From NCBI GenBank assembly GCA_050944915.1, contig JBMNRY010000002.1:1-49346 (forward strand): a stretch of DNA of 49,346 nt, read 5' to 3'. The position numbers were made by a program, and so were the translations under genes. Position 1 is the first letter of the stretch. Each line of letters opens with the position of its first letter. Under the pieces are notes generated by a model. It searched no databases and was not told the origin of the DNA. It worked only from the letters and a program-made list of their open reading frames with translations. Source of the stretch: Limnochordia bacterium. GTDB lineage: Bacteria > Bacillota > Limnochordia > JAAZLZ01. Positions 38,232 through 46,742 of this stretch are shown piece by piece.

Positions 38232-38306
38232 TCCTCGGTAGCTCAATGGTAGAGCACCCGGCTGTTAACCGGGTGGTTGTAGGTTCGAGTCCTACCCGGG
38301 GAGCCA
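38232..38306 (+). tRNA. tRNA-Asn (anticodon GTT), CCA encoded
   Basis: Cloverleaf: acceptor TCCTCGG/CCGGGGA, D-arm TAGCTCAATGGTAGAGC, anticodon loop CTGTTAA and T-arm GGTTCGAGTCC. Confidence 0.9.
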
Positions 38307-38313
38307 ATTAATT

Positions 38314-38388
38314 GGGCTTGTAGCTCAGGGGCAGAGCAGCGGACTCATAATCCGTCGGTCGCTGGTTCGAACCCAGCCAGGCCCACCA
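38314..38388 (+). tRNA. tRNA with CAT anticodon (elongator Met or lysidine-dependent Ile2), CCA encoded
   Basis: Acceptor GGGCTTG/CAGGCCC, anticodon loop CTCATAA and T-arm GGTTCGAACCC. The anticodon stem and variable region resemble ileX-type tRNA. Confidence 0.85.
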
Positions 38389-38421
38389 GGAGATAAGGCC
38401 CATAGGGCATAAAGGATACTT

Positions 38422-38450
38422 AGAGGTCTCGTTTCGAGGCCTCTTTTTTA
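38422..38450 (+). terminator. Rho-independent terminator after the tRNA pair
   Basis: 10-bp stem AGAGGTCTCG/CGAGGCCTCT (one G:U pair) followed by T6. Confidence 0.8.
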
Positions 38451-38951
38451 TTTACCGGCACACTATTGAAAAAGGGGGGGGTCAGAGAGGCACGGCGGAA
38501 GCTACCGCTGGCCCCCTTATATTCTAAGGTTTTTCGTCACCCCACAGTTTTGGATCTCGCCGGGGCGCTACCAAGGTAGCTCTTGGCACCCATTACAACT
38601 CCCGAGGCTTAGTCATCATTGATCGCGTCCGCTCCTAGACGGTATAGAGCGCATCATCCTCGGACTTTATGCGGTCGATGAAGATGCCGAATGGTGTAAG
38701 TCAGTTCGTCTCCCTTGAAGATGGCTTCGTCTTCGGACGCATTTTTGGTCGGGAAGCAGCCAAGTAGTTGTTAAATCCATAGCTTCTTCTAGCCAACGCC
38801 GAGCTATTCTAGTACGGAGTTGGCTTCTCCTTGCCCAAATCAGGGAGGGAGACCAGGCTAGGCGGTCTCTTTCTATGGATGTATTCCACTTTGATGGGTA
38901 AGTCTCCCAGGTCGACATAAAAGGTAAATACCGGTTCCATGGGGAGGCTCA

Positions 38952-38981
38952 GTATATGGGCCTTGTTTTATGGTAATTTTA
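38952..38981 (+). promoter_or_regulatory. Candidate forespore (sigma-F/sigma-G type) promoter for spoVAC-AD-AEb
   Basis: GTATA, a 15-nt spacer, then GGTAATTTT, compared from memory with the sigma-F consensus GCATR-15-GGHRARHTX. It lies about 50 nt upstream of spoVAC. One mismatch in the -10 block. Confidence 0.35.
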
Positions 38982-39029
38982 AAAAGGCGAGTCTATGGGG
39001 TATCCAGCACACAGGGGGGGGTAGGGAGC

Positions 39030-39503
39030 GTGTCCAAGAAAAAGAAGCCTAGCGCTGCTCAACGGGACTACCAAGCTTTAGCTAAGGCTCGAGAACCAAG
39101 CCGTCCCTTGTTAGGTAATCTAATCCGGGCCTTTTTGGTCGGTGGGACCATCTGTGCGGTGGGCCAGGGAGTAAGCGATTTCTTCATCTGGAACTTCAAT
39201 TTCACGGAAAAGACTGCTGGCAATCCAACGGTTGCGGTGATGATTTTTGTTTCGGTGCTTCTGACATCCCTAGGCATCTACGATCACATTGCCCAGTGGG
39301 CGGGGGCGGGTACTGCCATTCCCGTGACGGGATTTGCCAACTCCATGGCTTCCGCTGCCTTGGAACACCGGACCGAGGGTTTTGTCTTAGGGGTTGGGGG
39401 CAACATGTTCAAACTAGCGGGCTCCGTCATCGTCTATGGGGTTTTTGCCGCCTTTGTGATCGCCCTGATCCGGACCGTGATTACCTTACTGGGAGGAGCC
39501 TAA
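39030..39503 (+). CDS. spoVAC: Stage V sporulation protein AC
   Basis: SpoVAC pattern (Y..L.K...P.......N...AFLVGGTICAVGQ; FANSMASAALE; GGNMFKLAG). GTG at 39030. The ORF track starts at 38970. Confidence 0.9.
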   Translation: MSKKKKPSAAQRDYQALAKAREPSRPLLGNLIRAFLVGGTICAVGQGVSDFFIWNFNFTEKTAGNPTVAVMIFVSVLLTSLGIYDHIAQWAGAGTAIPVTGFANSMASAALEHRTEGFVLGVGGNMFKLAGSVIVYGVFAAFVIALIRTVITLLGGA

Positions 39504-40523
39504 ATGCGACAGGGACAGCAGACTTGGGTTTTTAGCAATCGACCGACCATCATCTCTACCGCCGTTGTAGGAGGGCCCTTCGAAGCCCGGGGGCCCCTGG
39601 CAGCTACCTTCGATCGTGTCTACGCTGATTTATGGATCGGCGAAACAAGTTTTGAAAAGGCGGAACGCAGACTATTGGAAGATGCTTGTGAAATAGTAGT
39701 TCAAAAAGCTGGTTTACAAACTAAGGATATCCAGTTGTTCCTAGCCGGCGACTTAATGAACCAAATCGTTTCCAGCAATTTTGCCGCCCGCACCCTATCG
39801 GTGCCTTTTATAGGTCTTTTTGGAGCCTGTTCCACCTCCATGGAAAGCCTGGCTTTAGCCTCGTTGATCGTCGATAGCGGTTTTGGTGATCATGTTATTG
39901 CCGGTGCTGTCAGCCATTACGGGGCGGTGGAAAAGCAGTTCCGCTATCCCACGGAGTACGGCAGCCAAAAGCCGCCGACGGCTCAATGGACGGTGACGGG
40001 AGCCGGTGTAGCATTGCTCAGCGCCCGAGGGGAGGGTCCACAAATTACATCGGCGACCATCGGTCGGGTTGTCGATATGGGGATCCCCGATCCCTTTAAC
40101 ATGGGAGCGGCCATGGCCCCGGCAGCAGTAGATACCATCAATGCCCATTTTCGAGATTTAGGTATTGACCACTCAACCTATGATTTGATTGCCACCGGTG
40201 ATCTAGGCCGGGTCGGCCGCCTTATTTCCCTCGATTTATTGGCCAAGCATAATATCGCCATGCCTGAGGAAAAGTATGTTGATTGTGGATTGTTAATCTA
40301 TGAAGAGGATGAACCCATGGTTTTCTCCGGTGGCAGCGGCTGCGGCTGTTCGGCCACCGTGGCCTTCGGCCATATTTTAACCAGGATGAAACGGGGTGAA
40401 CTAAAAAGGGTTCTCATCGCTGCCACTGGCGCTTTGCTATCGCCCTTGACTTTTCAACAACAGGAGAGTATCCCGGCCATTGCCCATGCCGTTGCCATCG
40501 AGTATTTTCCAGGGGGTGTCTAA
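39504..40523 (+). CDS. spoVAD: Stage V sporulation protein AD
   Basis: 339-aa thiolase-fold SpoVAD (GGP.E..GPL...FD....D...G..SFEKAE; GACST). Starts immediately after the spoVAC stop. Confidence 0.9.
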   Translation: MRQGQQTWVFSNRPTIISTAVVGGPFEARGPLAATFDRVYADLWIGETSFEKAERRLLEDACEIVVQKAGLQTKDIQLFLAGDLMNQIVSSNFAARTLSVPFIGLFGACSTSMESLALASLIVDSGFGDHVIAGAVSHYGAVEKQFRYPTEYGSQKPPTAQWTVTGAGVALLSARGEGPQITSATIGRVVDMGIPDPFNMGAAMAPAAVDTINAHFRDLGIDHSTYDLIATGDLGRVGRLISLDLLAKHNIAMPEEKYVDCGLLIYEEDEPMVFSGGSGCGCSATVAFGHILTRMKRGELKRVLIAATGALLSPLTFQQQESIPAIAHAVAIEYFPGGV

Positions 40524-40524
40524 T

Positions 40525-40878
40525 ATGGCTACTTATTTTTGGGCCTTTATCGTCGGTGGATTGATCTGTGTAATTGGGCAGCTGCTCCTTGATGTAGGTC
40601 GGTTAACACCGGCCCATACCGTAAGCACCTTGGTAGTGGTCGGTGCCATCCTGTCGGGTCTAGATTTGTATCAGCCTCTCATCGATTTCGCCGGGGCAGG
40701 GGCGACCATCCCCATCACCAGTTTTGGCAATTCCTTAGTCCAAGGGGCCTTGGCTGAAGCCCGTAGGACGGGCTTAGTAGGCATCGTAACCGGTATTTTC
40801 GAAGTAACTAGTGCGGGGATATCCTCGGCCATTATTTTTAGCTTTATGGCGGCCTTGGTGTTCAAACCGAAAGGATGA
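40525..40878 (+). CDS. spoVAEB: Stage V sporulation protein AEb
   Basis: 117 aa with AFIVGGLICVIGQLL and GAGATIPITSFGNSL. The ATG at 40525 lies directly after the spoVAD stop. The ORF-track start at 40480 overlaps spoVAD. Confidence 0.85.
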   Translation: MATYFWAFIVGGLICVIGQLLLDVGRLTPAHTVSTLVVVGAILSGLDLYQPLIDFAGAGATIPITSFGNSLVQGALAEARRTGLVGIVTGIFEVTSAGISSAIIFSFMAALVFKPKG

Positions 40879-40885
40879 GCAAAGG

Positions 40886-41314
40886 ATGATCAGGTTGCAC
40901 CGCTATCTGCTAATCTGTTTGACCTTGATTCTTATGGGCTGTGGTAGTTCGCCTCCCGCGGCCAATCCTCCGGATGGTGAGCCTATCCGCACCGACTTGG
41001 AATTGCTCCAAAGGATCAAGGATGAGGTGGGAAAAGTATCGGGAGTCGATGAAGTGGTGGTCGCGATCGCCGATGAAGAAATCGGTGTGGGGGTGAAGGT
41101 AAGTGGTTTTGATCGCTTCCGCCTCCGATCCATCCGATCGGACGTCCATAGACGGGTTGATGGGCTAACAACAGAAGACTATTGCATCCATGTCACTACC
41201 GATAAGCGCTTGTTTCGGGATTTAGGGCAATTGGAAGCGCGATTGGAACGGGGGGATACTTCGCCGGAAATTCGCAGTCGTTTGGGGAGAATAAACGAAG
41301 AAATGGAAGGATGA
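40886..41314 (+). CDS. YhcN/YlaJ family sporulation lipoprotein
   Basis: Signal peptide with lipobox LILMGC|G. The V.GVDEVVVAIADEEIGVGVKV pattern is typical of YlaJ/YhcN. The ORF-track start at 40811 overlaps spoVAEb. Confidence 0.7.
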   Translation: MIRLHRYLLICLTLILMGCGSSPPAANPPDGEPIRTDLELLQRIKDEVGKVSGVDEVVVAIADEEIGVGVKVSGFDRFRLRSIRSDVHRRVDGLTTEDYCIHVTTDKRLFRDLGQLEARLERGDTSPEIRSRLGRINEEMEG

Positions 41315-41392
41315 TGGGCCAATGGCGGTGAAATCAAGGGGAAATGACGGGGAAACCGCCGGTAGAAGCCCTAATTTTTCCATAATAAATAG

Positions 41393-41421
41393 TTGCATTT
41401 CTGAAGGTCCTGTGCTAGAAT
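41393..41421 (+). promoter_or_regulatory. Sigma-A promoter for tRNA-Glu
   Basis: TTGCAT, a 17-nt spacer, then an extended -10 TGcTAGAAT. Confidence 0.65.
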
Positions 41422-41454
41422 ATGTTTGTGCCCAAAAACAAGTCCAATTTGTGT

Positions 41455-41530
41455 GCCCCCATCGTCTAGCGGCCTAGGACACCGCCCTTTCACGGCGAAG
41501 GCAGGGGTTCAAATCCCCTTGGGGGTACCA
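41455..41530 (+). tRNA. tRNA-Glu (anticodon TTC), CCA encoded
   Basis: GCCCCCATCGTCTAGCGGCCTAGGAC D-arm typical of tRNA-Glu, anticodon loop CTTTCAC and T-arm GGTTCAAATCC. Confidence 0.9.
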
Positions 41531-41537
41531 TTATTTT

Positions 41538-41562
41538 ACCACCGGAATCCGGTGGTTTTTTG
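41538..41562 (+). terminator. Rho-independent terminator after tRNA-Glu
   Basis: Stem ACCACCGG/CCGGTGGT followed by T6. Confidence 0.8.
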
Positions 41563-41599
41563 CTTTGGCCTAGGGTGGGGGAAGGAGCTGAGAGTCGGT

Positions 41600-42346
41600 T
41601 TGTTGAACAATAATGATCAACACTATTTAGACATCTTGCCGAAGCGCCTGGGTAAGTTGCTGGAGTATGTACCTCCGGTGGGCGGGGTGCTGGATGTGGG
41701 CACGGACCACGCTCTGTTGCCTATCGCCCTGGTCCGCAGGGGACAGGAAGGGCTGATTATCGCGTCCGATAATCGAAGGGGACCTTTGGCGGCGGCACGA
41801 CATAATCTGCAAAAGTATCATCTAGAACATAGGATTGAACTTCGCTTAGGAGATGGGTTGGAGGTTTTATCAGGTCCGGAAGTCGATGTGGTGGTTATCG
41901 CCGGCATGGGTGGACAAAATATGATGGAGATTTTATCCACCAAAGCCAGTATAGCCCGGCAGATACCTTGGCTGATCCTCCAACCGATGCGGGATGCCGA
42001 TCAATTACGCCACTGGCTCGTCGACAATGGTTTCCCCCTTGGAGCCGAAGATATCGTCGAAGATAAATATCTTTACGAAATTATTATCGTCGGGCCGGGT
42101 CCTAATCCTCCGGTTGAGGAATTGGCCAAGGAGATAGGGGTAAGCCCCCGCTATCTCATCGGTGTCGGTCCTTGGTTGGTGGCCCAGGGCCATCCTTTTC
42201 TACCCAAGCTGCTGCAAGAACGGCAAGTCCGTCTACACAAGTTAGTGGAGCAGCTGGAGGCAGGGGGTAGAGCACCGGAAAAGGTAGGGGCGATAAAAAA
42301 GGATTTAAGTCAACAGGAGCAGGTGATCAAATGGCTGTTAAAGTAA
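41600..42346 (+). CDS. trmK: tRNA (adenine(22)-N(1))-methyltransferase TrmK family
   Basis: SAM-MTase motif VLDVGTDHALLPI plus IASD...GPL and IAGMGG. It lies upstream of Nif3, as in Bacilli (yqfN-yqfO). TTG start at 41600 or 41603 is uncertain. The ORF-track start at 41426 runs through tRNA-Glu. Confidence 0.8.
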   Translation: MLNNNDQHYLDILPKRLGKLLEYVPPVGGVLDVGTDHALLPIALVRRGQEGLIIASDNRRGPLAAARHNLQKYHLEHRIELRLGDGLEVLSGPEVDVVVIAGMGGQNMMEILSTKASIARQIPWLILQPMRDADQLRHWLVDNGFPLGAEDIVEDKYLYEIIIVGPGPNPPVEELAKEIGVSPRYLIGVGPWLVAQGHPFLPKLLQERQVRLHKLVEQLEAGGRAPEKVGAIKKDLSQQEQVIKWLLK

Positions 42347-43434
42347 TGGATATTGCCAATTTAATAGAGGAAGTGGCACCGCTGGCTTTAGCGGAAGAAT
42401 GGGATAACGTCGGACTTCAATTGGGTCATCCTGATTTGACCGTAGAGGGTATCGTGGTTGCCCTTGACTTTACCGCCGCTGTCCTAACTGAAGGTTTGGA
42501 GAAGGGGGCCAACTTATTTGTCGTTCACCATCCCCTCTTTTATCGGCCGGTGAAGCAGATCCGTACCGACGAGCCCTTCGGTGCCTTAATTGCTCACGCT
42601 CTACAAAGGGGAGTGGCCGTTTACGCAGCCCACACCAATCTGGATAATGCCCCCGATGGTTTGAACTCCTGGCTAGCCCAAACCTTGGAATTAGAACCGA
42701 CGGACAGCTTCGGCAAAGACATGCCTTTGGAAAAACTGGTTGTTTTTGTCCCTAAGGATCATGTGGGTTCTGTGCTGGATGCCTTGGCTGCCGCTGGCGC
42801 CGGACATATTGGTCAATATAGTCATTGTACCTTTCAGGCCCCTGGTAAAGGAACTTTTCGACCTTTAGCAGGGGCTAATCCTTATTTGGGTCATGTGGGG
42901 CAACTGGAAGAAGTCGATGAAATCAGGCTCGAAACCGTTTATCCCGCCATTAAGGCCCGGGAGGTCGTTGAGGCCTTGCTGGCTGCCCATCCCTATGAAG
43001 AAGTGGCTTATGATCGCTATCGACTGGCGAACCCGGAGTTGGCTGCCGGTCCTGGGCGACTAGCCCAACTGAAGGAACCAACAACCTTGGCGGCTCTGGC
43101 TAAACATGTCCAGGAAAAACTGGAGGCCGACCATGTGCGCTTGGTGGGGCCCCCCGAAAAGACTGTGCAAAAGGTGGCCCTTTGTGGGGGGAGCGGCAGC
43201 TCCTTCATTCCCACCGCCTGTGCTTTAGGGGCCGATGTTCTTATCACCGGTGATGTGAAATATCATGATGCCCTTGATGCCCAAGCCCGGGGATTAGGTG
43301 TAATTGATGGTGGACATTACTGGACCGAACAGGTGGTCACCAAGGGGCTACAAGGGATTATCAAGGACCGTTTTCCTCAGCTTCGTCTTTGGCTTGCCCA
43401 ATCCCAGGGAAGCCCCTTCGCAGTCATCGATTAG
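42331..43434 (+). CDS. Nif3-like dinuclear metal centre protein (YqfO/GTP cyclohydrolase 1 type 2 homologue) with an inserted PII-like domain
   Basis: Motifs AEEWDNVGLQLG, VVHHPL, YAAHTNLD and ITGDVKYHD. The 367-aa length is consistent with the insertion-containing form. Confidence 0.85.
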   Translation: MAVKVMDIANLIEEVAPLALAEEWDNVGLQLGHPDLTVEGIVVALDFTAAVLTEGLEKGANLFVVHHPLFYRPVKQIRTDEPFGALIAHALQRGVAVYAAHTNLDNAPDGLNSWLAQTLELEPTDSFGKDMPLEKLVVFVPKDHVGSVLDALAAAGAGHIGQYSHCTFQAPGKGTFRPLAGANPYLGHVGQLEEVDEIRLETVYPAIKAREVVEALLAAHPYEEVAYDRYRLANPELAAGPGRLAQLKEPTTLAALAKHVQEKLEADHVRLVGPPEKTVQKVALCGGSGSSFIPTACALGADVLITGDVKYHDALDAQARGLGVIDGGHYWTEQVVTKGLQGIIKDRFPQLRLWLAQSQGSPFAVID

Positions 43435-43485
43435 CTGGTTCATCCCAGGGGCCGTCCAGTTGCATGAAAAGGGGGAGGAAGTAGC

Positions 43486-43668
43486 GTGCAACGAAAATGT
43501 GAATTTTGTGGCCGTACGATCCCAAAGGAAAGGTTGGAAGCCCTACCTAATACCCGCCGCTGTGTCGAATGTGCCCGCAAAAACGGCACCGATTTTACCA
43601 TGAAAAGGACGGCCATTGGGATGGATAGGGATACTTACCGCGATATCTTAGGCGCGATTCGCAGTTAG
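43486..43668 (+). CDS. TraR/DksA family C4-type zinc-finger protein
   Basis: 60 aa with CEFCG...RLEALPNTRRCVEC. GTG start after GGAGGAAG. Confidence 0.7.
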   Translation: MQRKCEFCGRTIPKERLEALPNTRRCVECARKNGTDFTMKRTAIGMDRDTYRDILGAIRS

Positions 43669-43679
43669 GAGGCGGGCTC

Positions 43680-44396
43680 ATGGAGGGAAGCTTGAAGCAG
43701 TTGTTGGAACTTCAAGGGCTTGATGTCGATATTGGGGCCTTGGAGAAGGAAAGGGCGGAAATACCGGGAATGAAGGATATCGTCCGCCTCAAGGCCGGCC
43801 AACAGGCCATCGAGAAACGACTCCAGGTCCTGCAAGGGGAGCTCGAGGAATGTCGGAAACAAGTCCGCAAATATGAATTGGATTTGGCCCGGGACCGGGA
43901 CGAGCAACAAGAATTATCTGAAAGACTTTACAGCGGCCAGGTGAAAAACGCCCGGGAATTATCCCAATTGGAAGCCAAGGTTAAGAACCTCGGGGAAAGA
44001 ATAGACGCCGGAGAGGAGAAAATCCTCGACGTGATGGTTAAGATGGAAGACTTGGAGATGGAAAAAGCCCAAGGGGAAGAACAGTTTCGGCTTATTCAGG
44101 AGCAACTCCAAGAAAAGCTGGCGGAATATCAACACATCCATCTGCGCTTGACGAAAGGGTTAGAGGAGCTGCGTAGTCTGCGAAGTGAGCTGTTGGCCAA
44201 TATCCCCGCCGATTTGTTAGCCACCTATTCCCGGATGAGGGAGAAAAAGCGGGGCCCTGTCATCGTCGGAGTCAGGAAGGGTGTTTGCCAAGGCTGTCAA
44301 GTATCCCTGTCTCCGCCCCTGTTGAATATGTTGCGCAAAGGCGAGAAGGTGGTGTTTTGTGAGAGTTGCGGAAGGCTGCTTTGCCCGCTGGACTAA
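43680..44396 (+). CDS. Coiled-coil protein with a C-terminal C4 zinc ribbon (DUF164/COG1579 family)
   Basis: A long heptad-rich region is followed by CQGCQVSL....L......V.CESCGRLL. Confidence 0.7.
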   Translation: MEGSLKQLLELQGLDVDIGALEKERAEIPGMKDIVRLKAGQQAIEKRLQVLQGELEECRKQVRKYELDLARDRDEQQELSERLYSGQVKNARELSQLEAKVKNLGERIDAGEEKILDVMVKMEDLEMEKAQGEEQFRLIQEQLQEKLAEYQHIHLRLTKGLEELRSLRSELLANIPADLLATYSRMREKKRGPVIVGVRKGVCQGCQVSLSPPLLNMLRKGEKVVFCESCGRLLCPLD

Positions 44397-44404
44397 TTTT
44401 CTTA

Positions 44405-44447
44405 AGAGCTATTTTGGAGGGTGACCACTGAAATAGCTCTTTTTTTG
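44405..44447 (+). terminator. Rho-independent terminator
   Basis: 10-bp stem AGAGCTATTT/AAATAGCTCT followed by T6. Confidence 0.8.
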
Positions 44448-44586
44448 TGTAAATCGTTAATTATAAAAAAGGAAAAAGGGCGAAAAAACTGAATTTAGGG
44501 AATATTGACTTAACAGTAAAAATTCGGAAGGAGGGGCGAACTGCGTCGGCGGGACGACGGTGAAAACCTTTAATTAAGGAGGTTGT

Positions 44587-45826
44587 GTGCCATTGCGAAA
44601 ATGGGCTGTTGCTTTGGTGGTAGTGTTACTGTTGTCCTTCACTGCTACGGCGGCGGAGGTTAGAATTGGTGCCGTATATCCCCTCACCGGGCCTATGGCA
44701 TCAACTGGTCAGGACTGTCGCTCAGGGGTGGAGTTGGCCCTGGACATTATCAACAACAGCTATGATTTAGATTTCCCCCTTCGCTCGCGAAAAGGGCATC
44801 TTGGGTGGACGGCCATTGCGCATTATCTACGGTGAGTCCCGGGGTGATGCCACCGAGGGTATGGCCGAAACGGAACGGTTAATCACCGAAGAAGGCATTG
44901 TTGGTTTCGTCGGCGGTTACCAGAGTGCTGTGGTCCAGACTTGTAGCATGGTCACTGAACGCTACCAAATCCCCTATGTCCTCTCCGACGCTACCTCGCC
45001 GGCCTTGACCCAAAGGGGCCTGCAGTGGTTCTTCCGGGTAATCCCCCACGATGGTATTCAGGCGAAGAATGCCCTAGAGTTGCTCCGAGATATTCAGGAG
45101 CGGGAAGGGGATAAAATCGAGTCCGTCGGTATCGTTTGGGAAAACACCGAATGGGGCTCTAATGTGGCCCAGGAGATCCGGCGGTGGGCAGAACACTATG
45201 GCTTTAAGATCGTCGCCGATTTGCCCTATACCTACCGGGCTACCGACGTAACGGGCGAAGTGTTACGTCTACGGGCGGCCAGACCCGATGCCATTATCCA
45301 CGCCGCCTATGTGTCTGATGCCATCCTATTCACCCAAAACTTTAAGACGATGAATGTGGAACCGAAGGTCTTTGTCGGTATGTCCGGCTATCTGGATCCC
45401 GACTACCTCAATACTGTCGGTGCCGATGGCGAGTATTTCTTCGTTCGGGGAGTATATGGCTTGGATTTGGCTAAGGAAAAGCCTGTAGTAGCTAAAATCA
45501 ACGAAATGTACAAAGAAAGATATGGTCGGGACATGAGTCCCAATGCTGCCCGGAGTTTCACCGCTCCCTTCGTCATGGCCGATGCCATTACCCGGGCCGG
45601 TTCTACTGACCCTGCAGCTATTCGCCAGGCACTGTTGGAAACCAATATCCCGCCGGAGCATCTAATCTCGCCCTACGAAGGGGTCCAGTTTGATCCGGAA
45701 ACCCATGATAATATCCATGCCCGATCCCTCTATCTGCAGATCCTCGATGGAAAATTCCGGGTGGTCTGGCCCTTCGATCTGGCAGCTACAGAGTACGTTT
45801 GGCCCTTCCCCGGTTGGCGTCGCTAG
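44587..45826 (+). pseudogene. Branched-chain amino-acid ABC transporter substrate-binding protein (LivJ/K family), reading frame broken by a 1-nt frameshift
   Basis: ORF 44587..44835 carries the signal peptide and the N-terminal IGAVYPLTGPMASTGQD motif. ORF 44801..45826 (+1 frame) continues with [15 protein letters not shown]...GGYQSAVV. The frames can be joined at or next to the C5 run at 44775-44779. Confidence 0.75.
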
Positions 45827-45872
45827 ATAATCAGAGGCCGGCTTCGGCCGGCCTTTATCGGGAGGTGATCTA

Positions 45873-46742
45873 TTGGCACTGCAGTTACTAGTTAGTGGTC
45901 TGCTGTTAGGGGCTGTCTACAGCCTGGTAGCCATGGGATTAAGTCTGATTTGGGGCGTGATGGGCGTGATCAATTTCGCCCATGGAGCCCAAATGATGAT
46001 CGCCATGTATCTTGCCTACTGGGCCAATGTTTATCTCGGTTTTGATCCGGTAACGATGGTGCCCCTGGTCGTCTTAGCCATGTTTGTCTTCGGTATTGTT
46101 ACATACAAAGTGGTCATTGCCCCCGTTCTCAGTGGGCCCTTTCTAGCTCGACTGCTAGTTACCTTTGGTTTGGGTATCTTCTTGATTTACCTGGCCCAGT
46201 TTCTCTGGAGCCCCAATTATCGGTTGCTCCGCAATCTTCCCTTCCAAGGGGTGTTCTTTCTTGATATCGGGCCCGGCTTGATCATCGAGATTCCCAAACT
46301 GGTAGCTGCCGTCGGCAGTCTAATCGTCGCCGCCTTGTTTTATTGGCTGTTGAAAATGACGAAGATGGGGCTAGCCATCCAGGCCATATCGACCAACAGG
46401 GTGGCCGCAGCTTTGATGGGTATTGAACTGGAGCGGATGTATGCTTTGTCCTTCGGTTTAGGGATTGCTTCCGCTGGGGCAGCCGGATCCCTTCTAGCCA
46501 ATTATTACTACATTTTCCCCGATGTGGGCACCATGTTCGGTCTCATAGCCTTAATCGCTGTGGCTTTAGGTGGCTTCGGCAGTATCGAAGGGGCTTTTTT
46601 AGGTGCCCTGATTTTAGGAATAGTGGAGATTGCCGGGGGCTTTATGGTTGGACCGGCTTATAAATACGCACTGCTGTTTTTGCTCTATATTCTCGTCGTC
46701 TTGATCCGACCCCGGGGCTTATTGGGATGGGGGGATGAATAA
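45873..46742 (+). CDS. livH: Branched-chain amino-acid ABC transporter permease (LivH-type)
   Basis: 289-aa polytopic protein with the LivH pattern (GLSLIWGVMGVINFAHG; GGFGSIEGAF.GA). TTG start after GGGAGGTGA. Confidence 0.85.
   Translation: MALQLLVSGLLLGAVYSLVAMGLSLIWGVMGVINFAHGAQMMIAMYLAYWANVYLGFDPVTMVPLVVLAMFVFGIVTYKVVIAPVLSGPFLARLLVTFGLGIFLIYLAQFLWSPNYRLLRNLPFQGVFFLDIGPGLIIEIPKLVAAVGSLIVAALFYWLLKMTKMGLAIQAISTNRVAAALMGIELERMYALSFGLGIASAGAAGSLLANYYYIFPDVGTMFGLIALIAVALGGFGSIEGAFLGALILGIVEIAGGFMVGPAYKYALLFLLYILVVLIRPRGLLGWGDE

Noticed and set aside
38667-38918. An 83-aa minus-strand ORF in the tRNA/spoVA gap.
   Set aside because: No RBS, an Arg/Trp/Ser-rich sequence with no recognisable motif, and neighbouring protein-like fragments in other frames. 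I treat it as part of a decayed region, not as a gene.
38389-38951. An integrated mobile element or att-site scar next to the tRNA genes.
   Set aside because: No integrase or transposase remnant can be recognised, and I found no direct repeat of the tRNA 3' end in the gap. It is kept only as a low-confidence possibility in the findings.
41426-41599. The 5' part of ORF 41426..42346, which reads straight through tRNA-Glu and its terminator.
   Set aside because: The region encodes a perfect tRNA-Glu cloverleaf with its own promoter and terminator. TrmK homology begins only after about 41600.
44771-44835. Programmed +1 ribosomal frameshift in the Liv substrate-binding gene.
   Set aside because: There is no prfB-like slippery-stop context, no upstream internal SD at the right spacing and no stimulatory structure. 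A homopolymer indel, either a real mutation or a sequencing error, is the simpler explanation.
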